From Bacillota bacterium (GTDB taxonomy: Bacteria > Bacillota > Clostridia > Christensenellales > CAMQZB01), in contig JAWXUX010000011.1 of assembly GCA_044426045.1 (NCBI GenBank), positions 760 to 64,759 of the forward strand: a stretch of DNA of 64,000 nt. Reading direction: 5' to 3'. Positions within the stretch are counted from its first letter, which is position 1; each line of letters starts with the position of its first letter. Of the stretch, positions 18,465 through 28,134 are shown piece by piece. A program made the position numbers and the translations under genes. The notes under the pieces were generated by a model, which saw only the letters and a program-made list of their open reading frames with translations, was not told the DNA's origin and searched no databases.

Positions 18465-19511
18465 TTAGTCTTGATACTCCCTCACCACCCGTTCTGATAT
18501 TTGCGTTAGTGCTTCATATGGGATTGTTTTTATTTTATCTGCATACTGCATAAGCGATAAATTTTCCGAGAAAATCTCCACACTGTCACCAGCTTCGCAC
18601 TTAACATCCGAAACGTCGGCAAAAAAACAGTCCATGCACACGCTTCCAACGATTTTGCACATTAATCCATTGATTATAACACATCCACCGTTTCTTATCA
18701 ACCGATTTACGCCGTCTGCGTAGCCTCCGCGGATAATTGCGACCTTTATTTTATCTTTTGCCATAAAATAATCGCCATATCCAACATATTCATCGGCATT
18801 CACATTTTGAAATGCGACGATTTCACTTTTGAAAGCAACCGATTGTTGAAAAACATTGTCACCGCCCGTGCCAATGAGGTCGATTCCCACACGCACCATG
18901 TCGAGGTGAAAATCATGACCAAGACTTGTGCCGTATGATGCAGCGATGTGTTTTGTTGTGTTCACATTCTTTGTCATATCCAAAAATTTATCTTTTTGGA
19001 ATGTTGCAAATTCTTTGTCACGCCCTGAAAGGTGGGAAAAAACGCCCGCGATGGCGAGATTTTTGTTGCTTTCAACTTCGTTTAGCATTGAATGAAACAC
19101 TGACTTTTCATTGACGCCATATCGATTCATTCCGCTGTTGATTTTGATTTGAACGCACGCCTTCTTGCCTGCTTTTTTTGCGTGGTAGGCGATGTCTTTA
19201 AGCTGAGACTCGGCAAAAACAGTCAGCATTATATCTTCTTTTATGCTCTCTTGTAAAAACTCGTTTTCAAATGGCGAGAGTTGCAAAATTGGCTTTTTTA
19301 TCCCAAGCTCGCGAAGTTTTAACCCTTCACGAGAAAAAGCGACAGCAAAACAATCCACGTTGTTTTCTGTCGCTTTAGAAATTTTTTCGGCACCAAGGCC
19401 ATACGCATTTGCTTTCACAACTGCGCACAGCTTTGTCCCTTTTTTCAAATTTGATTTAATCTTTGAGATGTTTGCATTGTATTTTTTTGTGTCGACACAA
19501 AGTTTCATCAA
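18465..19511 (-). CDS. alr: Alanine racemase
   Basis: 348 aa. PLP-lysine motif AVVKANAYGLGA. Confidence 0.9.
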   Translation of the reverse strand: MMKLCVDTKKYNANISKIKSNLKKGTKLCAVVKANAYGLGAEKISKATENNVDCFAVAFSREGLKLRELGIKKPILQLSPFENEFLQESIKEDIMLTVFAESQLKDIAYHAKKAGKKACVQIKINSGMNRYGVNEKSVFHSMLNEVESNKNLAIAGVFSHLSGRDKEFATFQKDKFLDMTKNVNTTKHIAASYGTSLGHDFHLDMVRVGIDLIGTGGDNVFQQSVAFKSEIVAFQNVNADEYVGYGDYFMAKDKIKVAIIRGGYADGVNRLIRNGGCVIINGLMCKIVGSVCMDCFFADVSDVKCEAGDSVEIFSENLSLMQYADKIKTIPYEALTQISERVVREYQD

Positions 19512-19533
19512 AAATTCCTCCTGAAATTCCCCT

Positions 19534-19950
19534 TTAGAAAATCTCCGTAATTAAGTTTGCTCCGCTTTCTTTCAAAATTTCGATAACTGCGTTTGCGTTT
19601 TCAACTTTTATCAAGATAAGTGCTGCATTTTTTTCTGTTCTTGCGATTGAATAAAGATATTCCACATTTATTCCACATTCTTGGATTTCGAGAAGTGTTT
19701 GTGAAAGTCCGTTTGGTCTATCATCAACTGCGATACCAACAAGTTGCGTTCTTGAAGCTGTGAAACCTGCTTCTTTGATAACGGCAATCGCTTTATCGTT
19801 TTGGTTTGTGATGATTCTCACGATACCAAATTCAGCTGTGTCGGCAATTGTCATCATTGTGAGGTCAATTCCCGCATCGCCTAGTGCTTTTGTTAGCGTG
19901 TATAGTCTGCCTGTTTTATTTTCCATAAAAACTGAAATTTGTTCAATCAT
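19534..19950 (-). CDS. ACT domain-containing protein
   Basis: 138 aa with two ACT-like beta-alpha-beta-beta-alpha-beta repeats. Typical partner of paaK/ior clusters. Confidence 0.75.
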   Translation of the reverse strand: MIEQISVFMENKTGRLYTLTKALGDAGIDLTMMTIADTAEFGIVRIITNQNDKAIAVIKEAGFTASRTQLVGIAVDDRPNGLSQTLLEIQECGINVEYLYSIARTEKNAALILIKVENANAVIEILKESGANLITEIF

Positions 19951-19996
19951 TTTTATTCCTCCTAGATTTTATGTTAATTTTTTATTTATTGTTACC

Positions 19997-20025
19997 ATTT
20001 TATAACAAAAACCCCGTTTTGTCAA
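19997..20025 (-). promoter_or_regulatory. Sigma-A-type promoter upstream of the ACT-domain gene
   Basis: Minus strand TTGACA-N17-TAAAAT, immediately after the paaK stop. Confidence 0.5.
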
Positions 20026-20027
20026 GA

Positions 20028-21335
20028 TTAACCTTTTGCGCGTTGGTCGATAACTCTTTTTGCCTTGCCTTCACTTCTTGGGATTGTGCCCGGTTCAACC
20101 AAAGTGATTTTTGCTTTGATATTGAGAATTGAATTAAGGTCGTTTTGCAATTTTTTCTTGATATCTTCGAGTTTTCTCACTTCGTCTGAGAAGAGTTTCT
20201 CAGTCATTTCAACTTGAACTTCCATTTCGTCAAGAGTACCTTCACGAGTGATCACGAGTTGATAGTGTGGCGCAACTTCGTCCATATCCATAAGAACGCT
20301 TTCGATTTGTGATGGGAACACGTTGATACCACGAATGATAAGCATATCGTCGGTTCTGCCCACAATACGGCTCATTCTGACAGTTGTTCTTCCGCAAGCA
20401 CAAGGAGTTGAATCAATTGAAGAGATGTCGCGAGTTCTGTAACGAAGAAGTGGCATACCTGTTTTTGTGATTGTTGTGAAAACAAGTTCCCCTTTTGTGC
20501 CGTCAGGCACGCGTTCGAATGTTTCGGGATCAACAATTTCAGGATAGAAGTGGTCGTCTTGCACGTGGGCACCGCAGTGGTGCATACAGTCGATTGAAAC
20601 GCCTGGCCCGATGATTTCTGAAAGTCCATATATATCCATTGCATCGATTCCAAGTTTAGATTCGAGGGTGTTTTTGATTTCTTCACTCCATGGTTCTGCC
20701 CCGAAAAGACCGCCTTGAAGTTTCAAATCTTTTTTAGGGTCAAGACCCATTTTTTCCATTTCTTCAGTGAGATACACCATATATGATGGAGTGCAACAAA
20801 CAAAGTTTGCTTCGAAGTCTTGCATCAACATGATTTGACGTTTTGTGTTACCACTTGATGCTGGAACTGTCGCACAGCCGAGTTTTTCCGCGCCATAATG
20901 TGCGCCAAGACCACCTGTGAAAAGTCCGTAGCCATAGGCAACGTGAACTGTTGAATCCTTTGTTGCACCCGCTGATGCGAGGGCACGAGCCACAACTTCG
21001 CTCCAAATATCGATATCAACTTGAGAATAGCCAACTACTGTTGGTTTGCCCGTTGTTCCGCTTGATGCGTGAAGGCGAATGATTTCTGATTTTGGCTGAG
21101 CAAGAAGACCAAACGGATAGTTATCGCGGAGGTCTTGTTTTGTTGTGAATGGGATTTTGACGATATCGTCGATTGAATTGATATCATCTGGTGTTATTCC
21201 CGCTTCATCGAATTTCTTTTTGTAGAATGGAACGTTGTTATAGCAAAGTTCGCAAACCCTTTTTAGTTCTTTTGACTGAAATGCATGCTTTTCTTCTGGT
21301 GACATGCACTCTCTTTCTGGATTAAAAATCCCCAT
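20028..21335 (-). CDS. paaK: Phenylacetate-CoA ligase family protein
   Basis: 435 aa. SSGTTGKPTVV AMP-binding motif and PaaK-like N- and C-termini. Confidence 0.85.
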   Translation of the reverse strand: MGIFNPERECMSPEEKHAFQSKELKRVCELCYNNVPFYKKKFDEAGITPDDINSIDDIVKIPFTTKQDLRDNYPFGLLAQPKSEIIRLHASSGTTGKPTVVGYSQVDIDIWSEVVARALASAGATKDSTVHVAYGYGLFTGGLGAHYGAEKLGCATVPASSGNTKRQIMLMQDFEANFVCCTPSYMVYLTEEMEKMGLDPKKDLKLQGGLFGAEPWSEEIKNTLESKLGIDAMDIYGLSEIIGPGVSIDCMHHCGAHVQDDHFYPEIVDPETFERVPDGTKGELVFTTITKTGMPLLRYRTRDISSIDSTPCACGRTTVRMSRIVGRTDDMLIIRGINVFPSQIESVLMDMDEVAPHYQLVITREGTLDEMEVQVEMTEKLFSDEVRKLEDIKKKLQNDLNSILNIKAKITLVEPGTIPRSEGKAKRVIDQRAKG

Positions 21336-21366
21336 CTTTTTTCTCCTTTTCCCTTATTGTTTTTAT

Positions 21367-21525
21367 GGGAACTTCTAAAAACTCTTAACGCAAATCTTAA
21401 TTCCCAAAAAAGGCTTGATTTTCTGCAAAATTTCTCGAAATATACCCGATATTACTTCGAAATATTGCAAAAAATACGCACTTTTTTTGAAATCAATCTT
21501 TGGTCAATACTTTTTAGAAGTGCCC
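21367..21525. mobile_element. MITE-like element (family 2), copy 2 (inverted relative to copy 1)
   Basis: The reverse complement is identical to copy 1 over the first 60 nt and nearly identical over the last ~55 nt; the centre differs. TTAT on both flanks. Lies between iorB and paaK. Confidence 0.8.
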
Positions 21526-21555
21526 TTATGATTTAAAAATATTTTTATAAATACC

Positions 21556-22125
21556 TTATTGATTATATCCAAGCATGAAAGCTTTTTCGTTCACTTCGTA
21601 AATTTTTGGTTTCACGAGGTTTTTGATTGCTTCAAGCATTGTTTCTTTGTCAAGTTCAAGCGATTTTGTTAGTGCACCAATCATGACTGTGTTTGCAGTT
21701 AGTTCGTTGCCCGCTTGTTTTGCAAGGCTGAATGCGTCGATTTCGATTGCGTTTGGTGTCACGCTTGCAATTTGAGCTTCGATATCTGCTGGATATACTG
21801 CAGTTCCTGAAACCACTGTCATAGGCATGATTTTTTGTGAGTTATATAAAATTACGCCGTTATCTTTCAAGATTTCAGAATATCTCATAGCTTCCAAAGT
21901 TTCAAAGCTCATGATGATATCAGCTTGTTTTGTAAAAAGGATTGGCGAGTTGATTTTTTCGCCGATTTTCACATATGTAACTACGCTTCCGCCACGTTGG
22001 CTCATGCCGTGAACTTCGGAAAGTTTCGCGTCCATGTTTTTGAGAAGTGCGTATTCGCCCAAAATTTTTGATGCAAGAAGTGTGCCTTGACCGCCTACTC
22101 CGCAAATAAGAATGTTATAGTTCAT
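21556..22125 (-). CDS. iorB: Indolepyruvate:ferredoxin oxidoreductase subunit beta
   Basis: ILICGVGGQGTLLASK motif. Start moved to ATG 22125 (AAAGGAGG upstream), just after the iorA stop. Confidence 0.85.
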   Translation of the reverse strand: MNYNILICGVGGQGTLLASKILGEYALLKNMDAKLSEVHGMSQRGGSVVTYVKIGEKINSPILFTKQADIIMSFETLEAMRYSEILKDNGVILYNSQKIMPMTVVSGTAVYPADIEAQIASVTPNAIEIDAFSLAKQAGNELTANTVMIGALTKSLELDKETMLEAIKNLVKPKIYEVNEKAFMLGYNQ

Positions 22126-22126
22126 A

Positions 22127-23848
22127 TCACGCCTCCTTTGAAATGCAGTTAAATTTGCAAAGCGCTGTGCAAACGCCACAACCTTTACAAGTTGCTCCGT
22201 CGATAACCACTTTACCGTTTTGAACTGAGATTGATGGGCAACCGATTGTCATGCATGCTTTACAGTTTTTGCAAGTTTCGGCGTTTATCACATATTTGAA
22301 TTTTGGCACGCCCGGAAGAAGCACGCAAGGGCGTTTTGCAATGATAACTTTCACGCCATCCATTGCTTGGAATTTAAGAAGCAATGCTTCAAATGCGTTG
22401 ATATCATAGGCATCAACTGCTTCGACAGCTTGAACTTTGCACGCTTTTGCGATTTCCATATAGTCAACTTTTGTTGTTTCTTGCATTTTGATTGTTTTGC
22501 CAGTGCCGGGGTGTTGTTGATGACCTGTCATGCCGGTTGTTGAGTTGTCAAGGATGATAACAATGCCCTCGCCTTTGTTATACACTGCGTTTGCAAGCCC
22601 TGTGATACCTGAGTGCATGAAAGTTGAATCGCCGATAACTGCGGCTGTTTTTTTGGCAAATTCAATACCGCGAGCCTTATGAAAGCCCATTGCCATACCG
22701 ATTGAAGCGCCCATGCAAACAACTGCGTCGATTGCAAGAAGTGGAGCTGATGCACCAAGAGTGTAGCAGCCGATATCCCCCGTCACGTTGAATTTGTGTT
22801 TTTTGAGGATGTGGAAAATGCCACGGTGAGGACAACCCGCACACATAACTGGTGGGCGAATTGGAAGGTTTGCTGGCATCGCTTCAGTTTTCACGCCAAG
22901 GATTTTTTCTTTGATGATATCTTCGGAAATTTCCCCTTGAAGGGAGAACAAGTTTTTGCCTTCGCAAACGATACCTCTTGCTTTCATTCCGTCTTCGATA
23001 TATGGTTCAAGTTCTTCGATAACAACAACTCGTTCCACTTTTGAAGCGAATTCTTTCAATTTGTCGATTGGGAGTGGGTAAACCATGCCAATTTTGAAAA
23101 TTGACGCTTCTGGCAACACTTCTTTTGCATATTGATACACAGCACCCGTGCAGACAACGCCGAGTTTTTCTGATTTGATGTCATAGAAGTTGAGCTCGGT
23201 TTCATTTGAGAATTTTGTTAGAGCCTCGTCGCGTTTTTCAACCACGATATGTCTGCCTTTTGCCATTGCTGGCACCATGACATATTTTGGGATGTCTTTT
23301 TTATATTCTTTCACTGGGACTTCTTTAATCTCGCCAAGCTGAACAATACTTCTTGAATGGGCAACGCGTGTTGTCATTCTTAAAAATACTGGAGTGTCGA
23401 ATGCTTCGGAAATTTCAAAGGCTTTTCCAACGAAATCTTTAGATTCTTGTGAATCTGATGGTTCAAGCATTGGGATGTGGGCACTTCTTGCATAAAATCT
23501 TGAGTCTTGCTCGTTTTGTGAAGAGTGCATTCCTGGATCGTCGGCAACAGCAACAATAAGCCCCGCGTTGATACCAGTGTAGCTTGCAGTGAAAACGCAA
23601 TCGGCTGCCACGTTGAGCCCAACGTGTTTCATGCTGACAATCGTTCTTGCACCCGCAATGGCAGAGCCATAGGCAACTTCTGCTGCTACTTTTTCATTTG
23701 GTGACCATTCGGCATAAACGCCGTCGTATGTTGCGATTTCTTCAGTGATTTCCGTTGATGGAGTTCCTGGATAAGCCGTAGCTACCCTTCCGCCCGCTTC
23801 AACAAATCCCCTTGCAACCGCAGAGTTTCCTAGTAGTATTTTTTTCAT
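22127..23848 (-). CDS. iorA: Indolepyruvate:ferredoxin oxidoreductase subunit alpha
   Basis: 573 aa. TPP-binding region and C-terminal 2x[4Fe-4S] motifs (CKNCKACMTIGCP, CKGCGVCTALC). Confidence 0.9.
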   Translation of the reverse strand: MKKILLGNSAVARGFVEAGGRVATAYPGTPSTEITEEIATYDGVYAEWSPNEKVAAEVAYGSAIAGARTIVSMKHVGLNVAADCVFTASYTGINAGLIVAVADDPGMHSSQNEQDSRFYARSAHIPMLEPSDSQESKDFVGKAFEISEAFDTPVFLRMTTRVAHSRSIVQLGEIKEVPVKEYKKDIPKYVMVPAMAKGRHIVVEKRDEALTKFSNETELNFYDIKSEKLGVVCTGAVYQYAKEVLPEASIFKIGMVYPLPIDKLKEFASKVERVVVIEELEPYIEDGMKARGIVCEGKNLFSLQGEISEDIIKEKILGVKTEAMPANLPIRPPVMCAGCPHRGIFHILKKHKFNVTGDIGCYTLGASAPLLAIDAVVCMGASIGMAMGFHKARGIEFAKKTAAVIGDSTFMHSGITGLANAVYNKGEGIVIILDNSTTGMTGHQQHPGTGKTIKMQETTKVDYMEIAKACKVQAVEAVDAYDINAFEALLLKFQAMDGVKVIIAKRPCVLLPGVPKFKYVINAETCKNCKACMTIGCPSISVQNGKVVIDGATCKGCGVCTALCKFNCISKEA

Positions 23849-23894
23849 ATCTTTCCTCTTTGTAATTTTATTTCATCTTTTATATTAATGGATA

Positions 23895-23943
23895 GCAAAG
23901 GAGCTTTGCTCCGCATGCCTACCACAATTTTTAATTTTTAATT
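23895..23943. repeat. Solo or degenerate end of the composite element
   Basis: GCAAAGGAGCTTTGCTCCGCATGCCTACCACAA followed by 2x TTTTTAA. Resembles the ...GCACGGAGCGAAAGCGTAGTGCCTACCACAA end of copy E. No partner arm is present. Confidence 0.5.
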
Positions 23944-23985
23944 GAAATAAATAAAAATCACAGATTTTTATTTGTTTCGTAGATT

Positions 23986-25284
23986 TTATTTGTTTCTCAT
24001 GTCATGAACACGTTGGGTTTTGCCTTCGTAGCGTTTGAGAGAGAATGGTTCAACGAGTTTCACGCCCACTTCAAGTCCCAAAACTTCTTTGATTTTGCCC
24101 GCGACATAATTTCTTAGCTGTTCAAGTTTTCCATATGATTCAAGCAAACTTTCGTCACGCATTTCTACGCTGACGGTGAGTTTATCAAGATAGTTTTCCC
24201 TTGTCACCAAGATTTCATAGTGGTTGCCGATTTCTTCGATGTTCATTAGCACTGCTTCGATTTGCGATGGGAACACATTCACGCCACGAATGATTAGCAT
24301 ATCATCTGTTCTGCCTTTGATTTTGCCCATACGCACAGATGTTCTGCCACATTTGCAAGGTTCAAAGTTTAGCGACGAGATGTCTTTTGTTCGGTATCTT
24401 AAAATTGGCATGCCTTGTTTTGAAAGTGCGGTGAACAAAAGTTCCCCTTCCTCACCTTCGTTTAACACTTTGTTTTCCGCAATGTTCACGATTTCAGGAT
24501 AGAAATGGTCTTCATTGATGTGCATGCCACATCTGAGGTGGCAATCACCCGAAACACCCGGCCCGATGAGTTCAGTGAGACCGTAGTTATCCGTTGAAAG
24601 AATTCCTAGCGTTTGAGAAAGTTCGCGGTGCATTTCCTCGGTTGAAGCCTCCGCACCAAAAAGACCCAAACGAAGACGGAAATTTTCCATTGGAAGATTT
24701 TTATTTTTTATGCTTTCTGCGATATACATTGCATATGAAGGAGTTGCAACAAGTGCTGTCACGCCAAAATCTTCAAGCAGCATGATTTGCTTTGCAGTGT
24801 TACCTGATGATGCCGGAACAACTGATGCACCAATTTTTTCCCAACCCATATGAACCCCAAGCGCGCCTGTGAAAAGTCCATATCCAAAGGAAATTTGCAC
24901 GATATCTTCATCATTACCGCCAACTGCTGTTATAAGCCTTGCCATGCAATCTGACCACATATCTAGGTCATAACGAGTGTAGCCGGCAACAATTGGTTTG
25001 CCCGTTGTTCCGCTTGATGCGTGAAGTCGCACGATTTCTTTTTGCGGAACGGCAAAAAGACCATATGGATAGTTTTCCCTTAGATCTTCTTTTGTTGTGT
25101 ATGGAATCAAGCTGATATCTTTCAGCGTTTGTATATGTTTTGGTTTCAGACCGACAGAATCGAATTTTTGCGTGTACATTGGAACTTTGTCATAACAATA
25201 GTTGACCATATGTTTTAGTTTGTCAAGCTGCAAACTTTGCATTGATTTTCTGTCCATCGTTTCAATATCTTTTTGAAAAAACAT
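23986..25284 (-). CDS. paaK: Phenylacetate-CoA ligase family protein (second paralog)
   Basis: 432 aa. SSGTTGKPIVA motif; collinear with the 20028..21335 product. Confidence 0.85.
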   Translation of the reverse strand: MFFQKDIETMDRKSMQSLQLDKLKHMVNYCYDKVPMYTQKFDSVGLKPKHIQTLKDISLIPYTTKEDLRENYPYGLFAVPQKEIVRLHASSGTTGKPIVAGYTRYDLDMWSDCMARLITAVGGNDEDIVQISFGYGLFTGALGVHMGWEKIGASVVPASSGNTAKQIMLLEDFGVTALVATPSYAMYIAESIKNKNLPMENFRLRLGLFGAEASTEEMHRELSQTLGILSTDNYGLTELIGPGVSGDCHLRCGMHINEDHFYPEIVNIAENKVLNEGEEGELLFTALSKQGMPILRYRTKDISSLNFEPCKCGRTSVRMGKIKGRTDDMLIIRGVNVFPSQIEAVLMNIEEIGNHYEILVTRENYLDKLTVSVEMRDESLLESYGKLEQLRNYVAGKIKEVLGLEVGVKLVEPFSLKRYEGKTQRVHDMRNK

Positions 25285-25488
25285 TTTTTATACCCCTTTC
25301 TCAATTTATATCATTTTCAGCTCTTCACTGATATATAGCATTGTATCATAGAAGCAAAGTCAAAAACAAGCGAAATATGGAGGATTTGGATATTAAATTT
25401 CCCTTTTCGTGATTTTTATTTTTTAAGGGCATTTACATAAAGTCCTTTGAGGGATTTAAACCTTTGGGTTTTTTGGGTTTTTTATATG

Positions 25489-25519
25489 AAAAAATGGCAG
25501 AATTCTCCGCCATTTTTTT
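25489..25519 (-). terminator. Intrinsic terminator after pyrB (A-run/T-run on both sides)
   Basis: AAAAAATGGCAGAATTCTCCGCCATTTTTTT directly after the pyrB stop. Confidence 0.6.
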
Positions 25520-26666
25520 ATTTATCTGATATTATAAATTTTTCGTATTCCAAGATTTCGCCAGTGATTTCTTTGTCGCAATATGCGCAATAGATTTTAC
25601 CGTTTTCATCTGCGTGGAATTTTTCTTCGATTTCTTGTTCGAACTTTGTCACGCACTTTTCATTGTCGCATGAACATTTTGAATCCACCATTTTTCTGCC
25701 GTTGAAAACCGCGTTGCCGTTTGAGGCTTCGGGCATGAAACCGCAATAGGCTGGAGTTTCAGAAAGCAGTTTTATAATGAGCGCTTTTCTCATGATTTTG
25801 CCATAAAACGCTTGACGGAAATATGACGAGCGAGGGTCGCTATCCACATGTGCGGAAACTTCGTTCACTCGTGGGAGTGGGTGCAAAACGCACATTTTTT
25901 CTTTCGCGAGTTTCATGAGGGTTGTTGTGAGGATATAACTGCCCTCCACTTGCTGATATTGTTCGATATCGTCAAACCGTTCCTTTTGAATTCTTGTCAT
26001 ATACAAAACATCAAGGGTTGGAAGTGCTTTTTCGAGGTTGCGTGTTTCAGAAAAATCAATACCGCTTGCCGTGATTTCGCTTTTGATATTTGTTGGCATT
26101 TTGAGCTCGCTTGGAGAAATGAACACCATTTTAACGTTTTTGTGACGTTCAAGTGCGGAAACAAGTGAATGCACTGTTCTTCCATATTTGAGATCACCGC
26201 AAAAACCAACGGTGATATTGTCAAGAGTGCCAAGCTCGCTTTTGATTGTGAAAAGGTCGGCAAGCGTTTGGGTTGGGTGGTGATGTCCGCCGTCGCCCGC
26301 GTTGATAACAGGGACGTGGCTTTCTTTTGCACCAACGATGCCCGCTCCCTCCTGAGGGTGTCGCATGGCGATGATATCGGCATAACACGACACAACTTTC
26401 ACTGTGTCCCTTATGCTTTCTCCCTTTGCTGCCGAGCTGTTTGCTCCCGATTCAAAGCCAAGAACGTCCCCGCCAAGTTCAATCATGGCAGATTCAAAAG
26501 ACAGTCTTGTTCTTGTTGATGGTTCAAAAAATAGCGACGCAAGTTTTTTGCCTTTGCAACAATTTGAATATTTACCTGGGTCACGCATGATTTCTGACGC
26601 GTGCTCCATGAGAGCGTCAAGTTCTTCAACTGTGAAATCTGTTATATCTGTTAGGTGCTTAATCAT
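25518..26666 (-). CDS. pyrB: Aspartate carbamoyltransferase catalytic chain with a C-terminal PyrI-like zinc domain
   Basis: 382 aa. STRTR, HPTQ and HPLPR motifs in the first ~305 aa. The C-terminal ~75 aa carry C-x4-C...(21)...C-x2-C (CDNEKC...CAYCDKE), matching the PyrI zinc-domain pattern. Confidence 0.9.
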   Translation of the reverse strand: MIKHLTDITDFTVEELDALMEHASEIMRDPGKYSNCCKGKKLASLFFEPSTRTRLSFESAMIELGGDVLGFESGANSSAAKGESIRDTVKVVSCYADIIAMRHPQEGAGIVGAKESHVPVINAGDGGHHHPTQTLADLFTIKSELGTLDNITVGFCGDLKYGRTVHSLVSALERHKNVKMVFISPSELKMPTNIKSEITASGIDFSETRNLEKALPTLDVLYMTRIQKERFDDIEQYQQVEGSYILTTTLMKLAKEKMCVLHPLPRVNEVSAHVDSDPRSSYFRQAFYGKIMRKALIIKLLSETPAYCGFMPEASNGNAVFNGRKMVDSKCSCDNEKCVTKFEQEIEEKFHADENGKIYCAYCDKEITGEILEYEKFIISDK

Positions 26667-26706
26667 TGCGATTTTCTCCCTTTTTGTTTACTTTGTTTCG
26701 TTTACT

Positions 26707-27339
26707 TTATAGATTTTGCCAGCTTGGGTCGCTTGGATTAGCGCGGAAAGTTAGAAGCATTTCTGCTTGCTTTTCTGTTATGTAGCCTTCTTGAACCGCA
26801 ACGCCCGCAAGAGCATCAAGGTTTGAAAGGCTGATGTTTTTCACGTTGGCAGCGGCGAGTCTTTCCACGCCTTTTTTCATGCCGTATGTGAAGATTGAAA
26901 CGATGCCTAGAACTTCGGCGCCCGCTTCTTTCAAAACTTCAACAACTTCGATAACGCTTCCGCCCGTTGAGATGAGGTCTTCAACAACAACGACTTTTTG
27001 ACCTTTTTCAAGTTTGCCTTCGATTTGGTTTTGTCTGCCATGGTCTTTATTGCCACTTCTGACATAACCCATTGGAAGTCCCATCATGTGGGCTGTGATA
27101 CCCGCGTGGGCAATGCCCGCTGTTGATGTGCCCATCAAAACTTCCGCTTCTGGATAGTTTTGTTCAATCAATGTTTTTAGTCCCGTTTCAACGTTTGTTC
27201 TCACATCTACGTCAGAAAGTGTGAGGCGGTTGTCGCAATAGATTGGGCTTTTGATTCCGCTTGCCCATGTGAATGGGTCTGCTGGGCTCAAAAATACTGC
27301 TTTTATTTTCAAAAGGTCTTTTGCAATTGTTTTTTCCAT
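26707..27339 (-). CDS. pyrE: Orotate phosphoribosyltransferase
   Basis: PRPP-binding motif [13 protein letters not shown]. Start moved to ATG 27339 (AAGGAGA upstream). Confidence 0.9.
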   Translation of the reverse strand: MEKTIAKDLLKIKAVFLSPADPFTWASGIKSPIYCDNRLTLSDVDVRTNVETGLKTLIEQNYPEAEVLMGTSTAGIAHAGITAHMMGLPMGYVRSGNKDHGRQNQIEGKLEKGQKVVVVEDLISTGGSVIEVVEVLKEAGAEVLGIVSIFTYGMKKGVERLAAANVKNISLSNLDALAGVAVQEGYITEKQAEMLLTFRANPSDPSWQNL

Positions 27340-27432
27340 CGTTATCTCCTTGGTTTTCATTTCGTTTACTTTTTTATTATTTCTCGTTCGCTTTTCGATT
27401 GCTTTTCGATTGCTTTTTATTTTTTATTCGCC

Positions 27433-28134
27433 TTATTCGCCGATAAATTCAGCGCACGCTTGTTTATATGCTGCAACTGGGTCGGCGGCGGCTGTTATTG
27501 GGCGACCCACCACGATATAATCGCTTGTGAGTGCTTTTGCATCGGCTGGCGTTGTAACTCTTATTTGGTCACCTTTGTCCCCGCCTGCAAATCTGATACC
27601 TGGAGTTATTGTGAGGAAATCGTCGCCGAGTTTTTCATGAACGCTTTTTGATTCAAGTGGTGAGCAAACAATGCCGTCAAGTCCCGCGATTTTTGCGTTT
27701 TTTGCGTAGTGCGCCACTGTGTTTTCAAGTGTTTCGTTTATCAAAAGGTCGGATTTCATTCTTTCTTCTGATGTGCTTGTGAGTTGAGTCACTGCAATCA
27801 AAATTGGGCGAGTGCCGTCGGGTTTTGTTAGCCCTTCAAGCGCCGCTTTCATCATTTCAACAGTGCCTGATGCGTGAAGGTTTGTCATGTCCACATCAAG
27901 GTTTGAAAGCACTTTCATTGCTGATTTAACAGTGTTTGGGATATCGTGAAGTTTAAGGTCTAGGAAAATTTTGTGACCCATTGCCTTGATATCTCTTACG
28001 ATTTGTGGACCTTCAGCATAAAAAAGTTCCATGCCGATTTTCACAAACGGTTTTTCGTTTTCGAATTTATCCAAAAAATTTAGTGTCGCTTCCTTTGATG
28101 GAAAGTCGCATGCTATTATTACATCTTTAGCCAT
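27433..28134 (-). CDS. pyrF: Orotidine 5'-phosphate decarboxylase
   Basis: 233 aa. [14 protein letters not shown] motif. Confidence 0.9.
   Translation of the reverse strand: MAKDVIIACDFPSKEATLNFLDKFENEKPFVKIGMELFYAEGPQIVRDIKAMGHKIFLDLKLHDIPNTVKSAMKVLSNLDVDMTNLHASGTVEMMKAALEGLTKPDGTRPILIAVTQLTSTSEERMKSDLLINETLENTVAHYAKNAKIAGLDGIVCSPLESKSVHEKLGDDFLTITPGIRFAGGDKGDQIRVTTPADAKALTSDYIVVGRPITAAADPVAAYKQACAEFIGE

Noticed and set aside
25416-25440. AAGGGCATTTACATAAAGTCC as another MITE-2 terminal repeat
   Set aside because: Only about 13 of 18 positions match the TIR and there is no partner. This is within what AT-rich intergenic sequence can give by chance.
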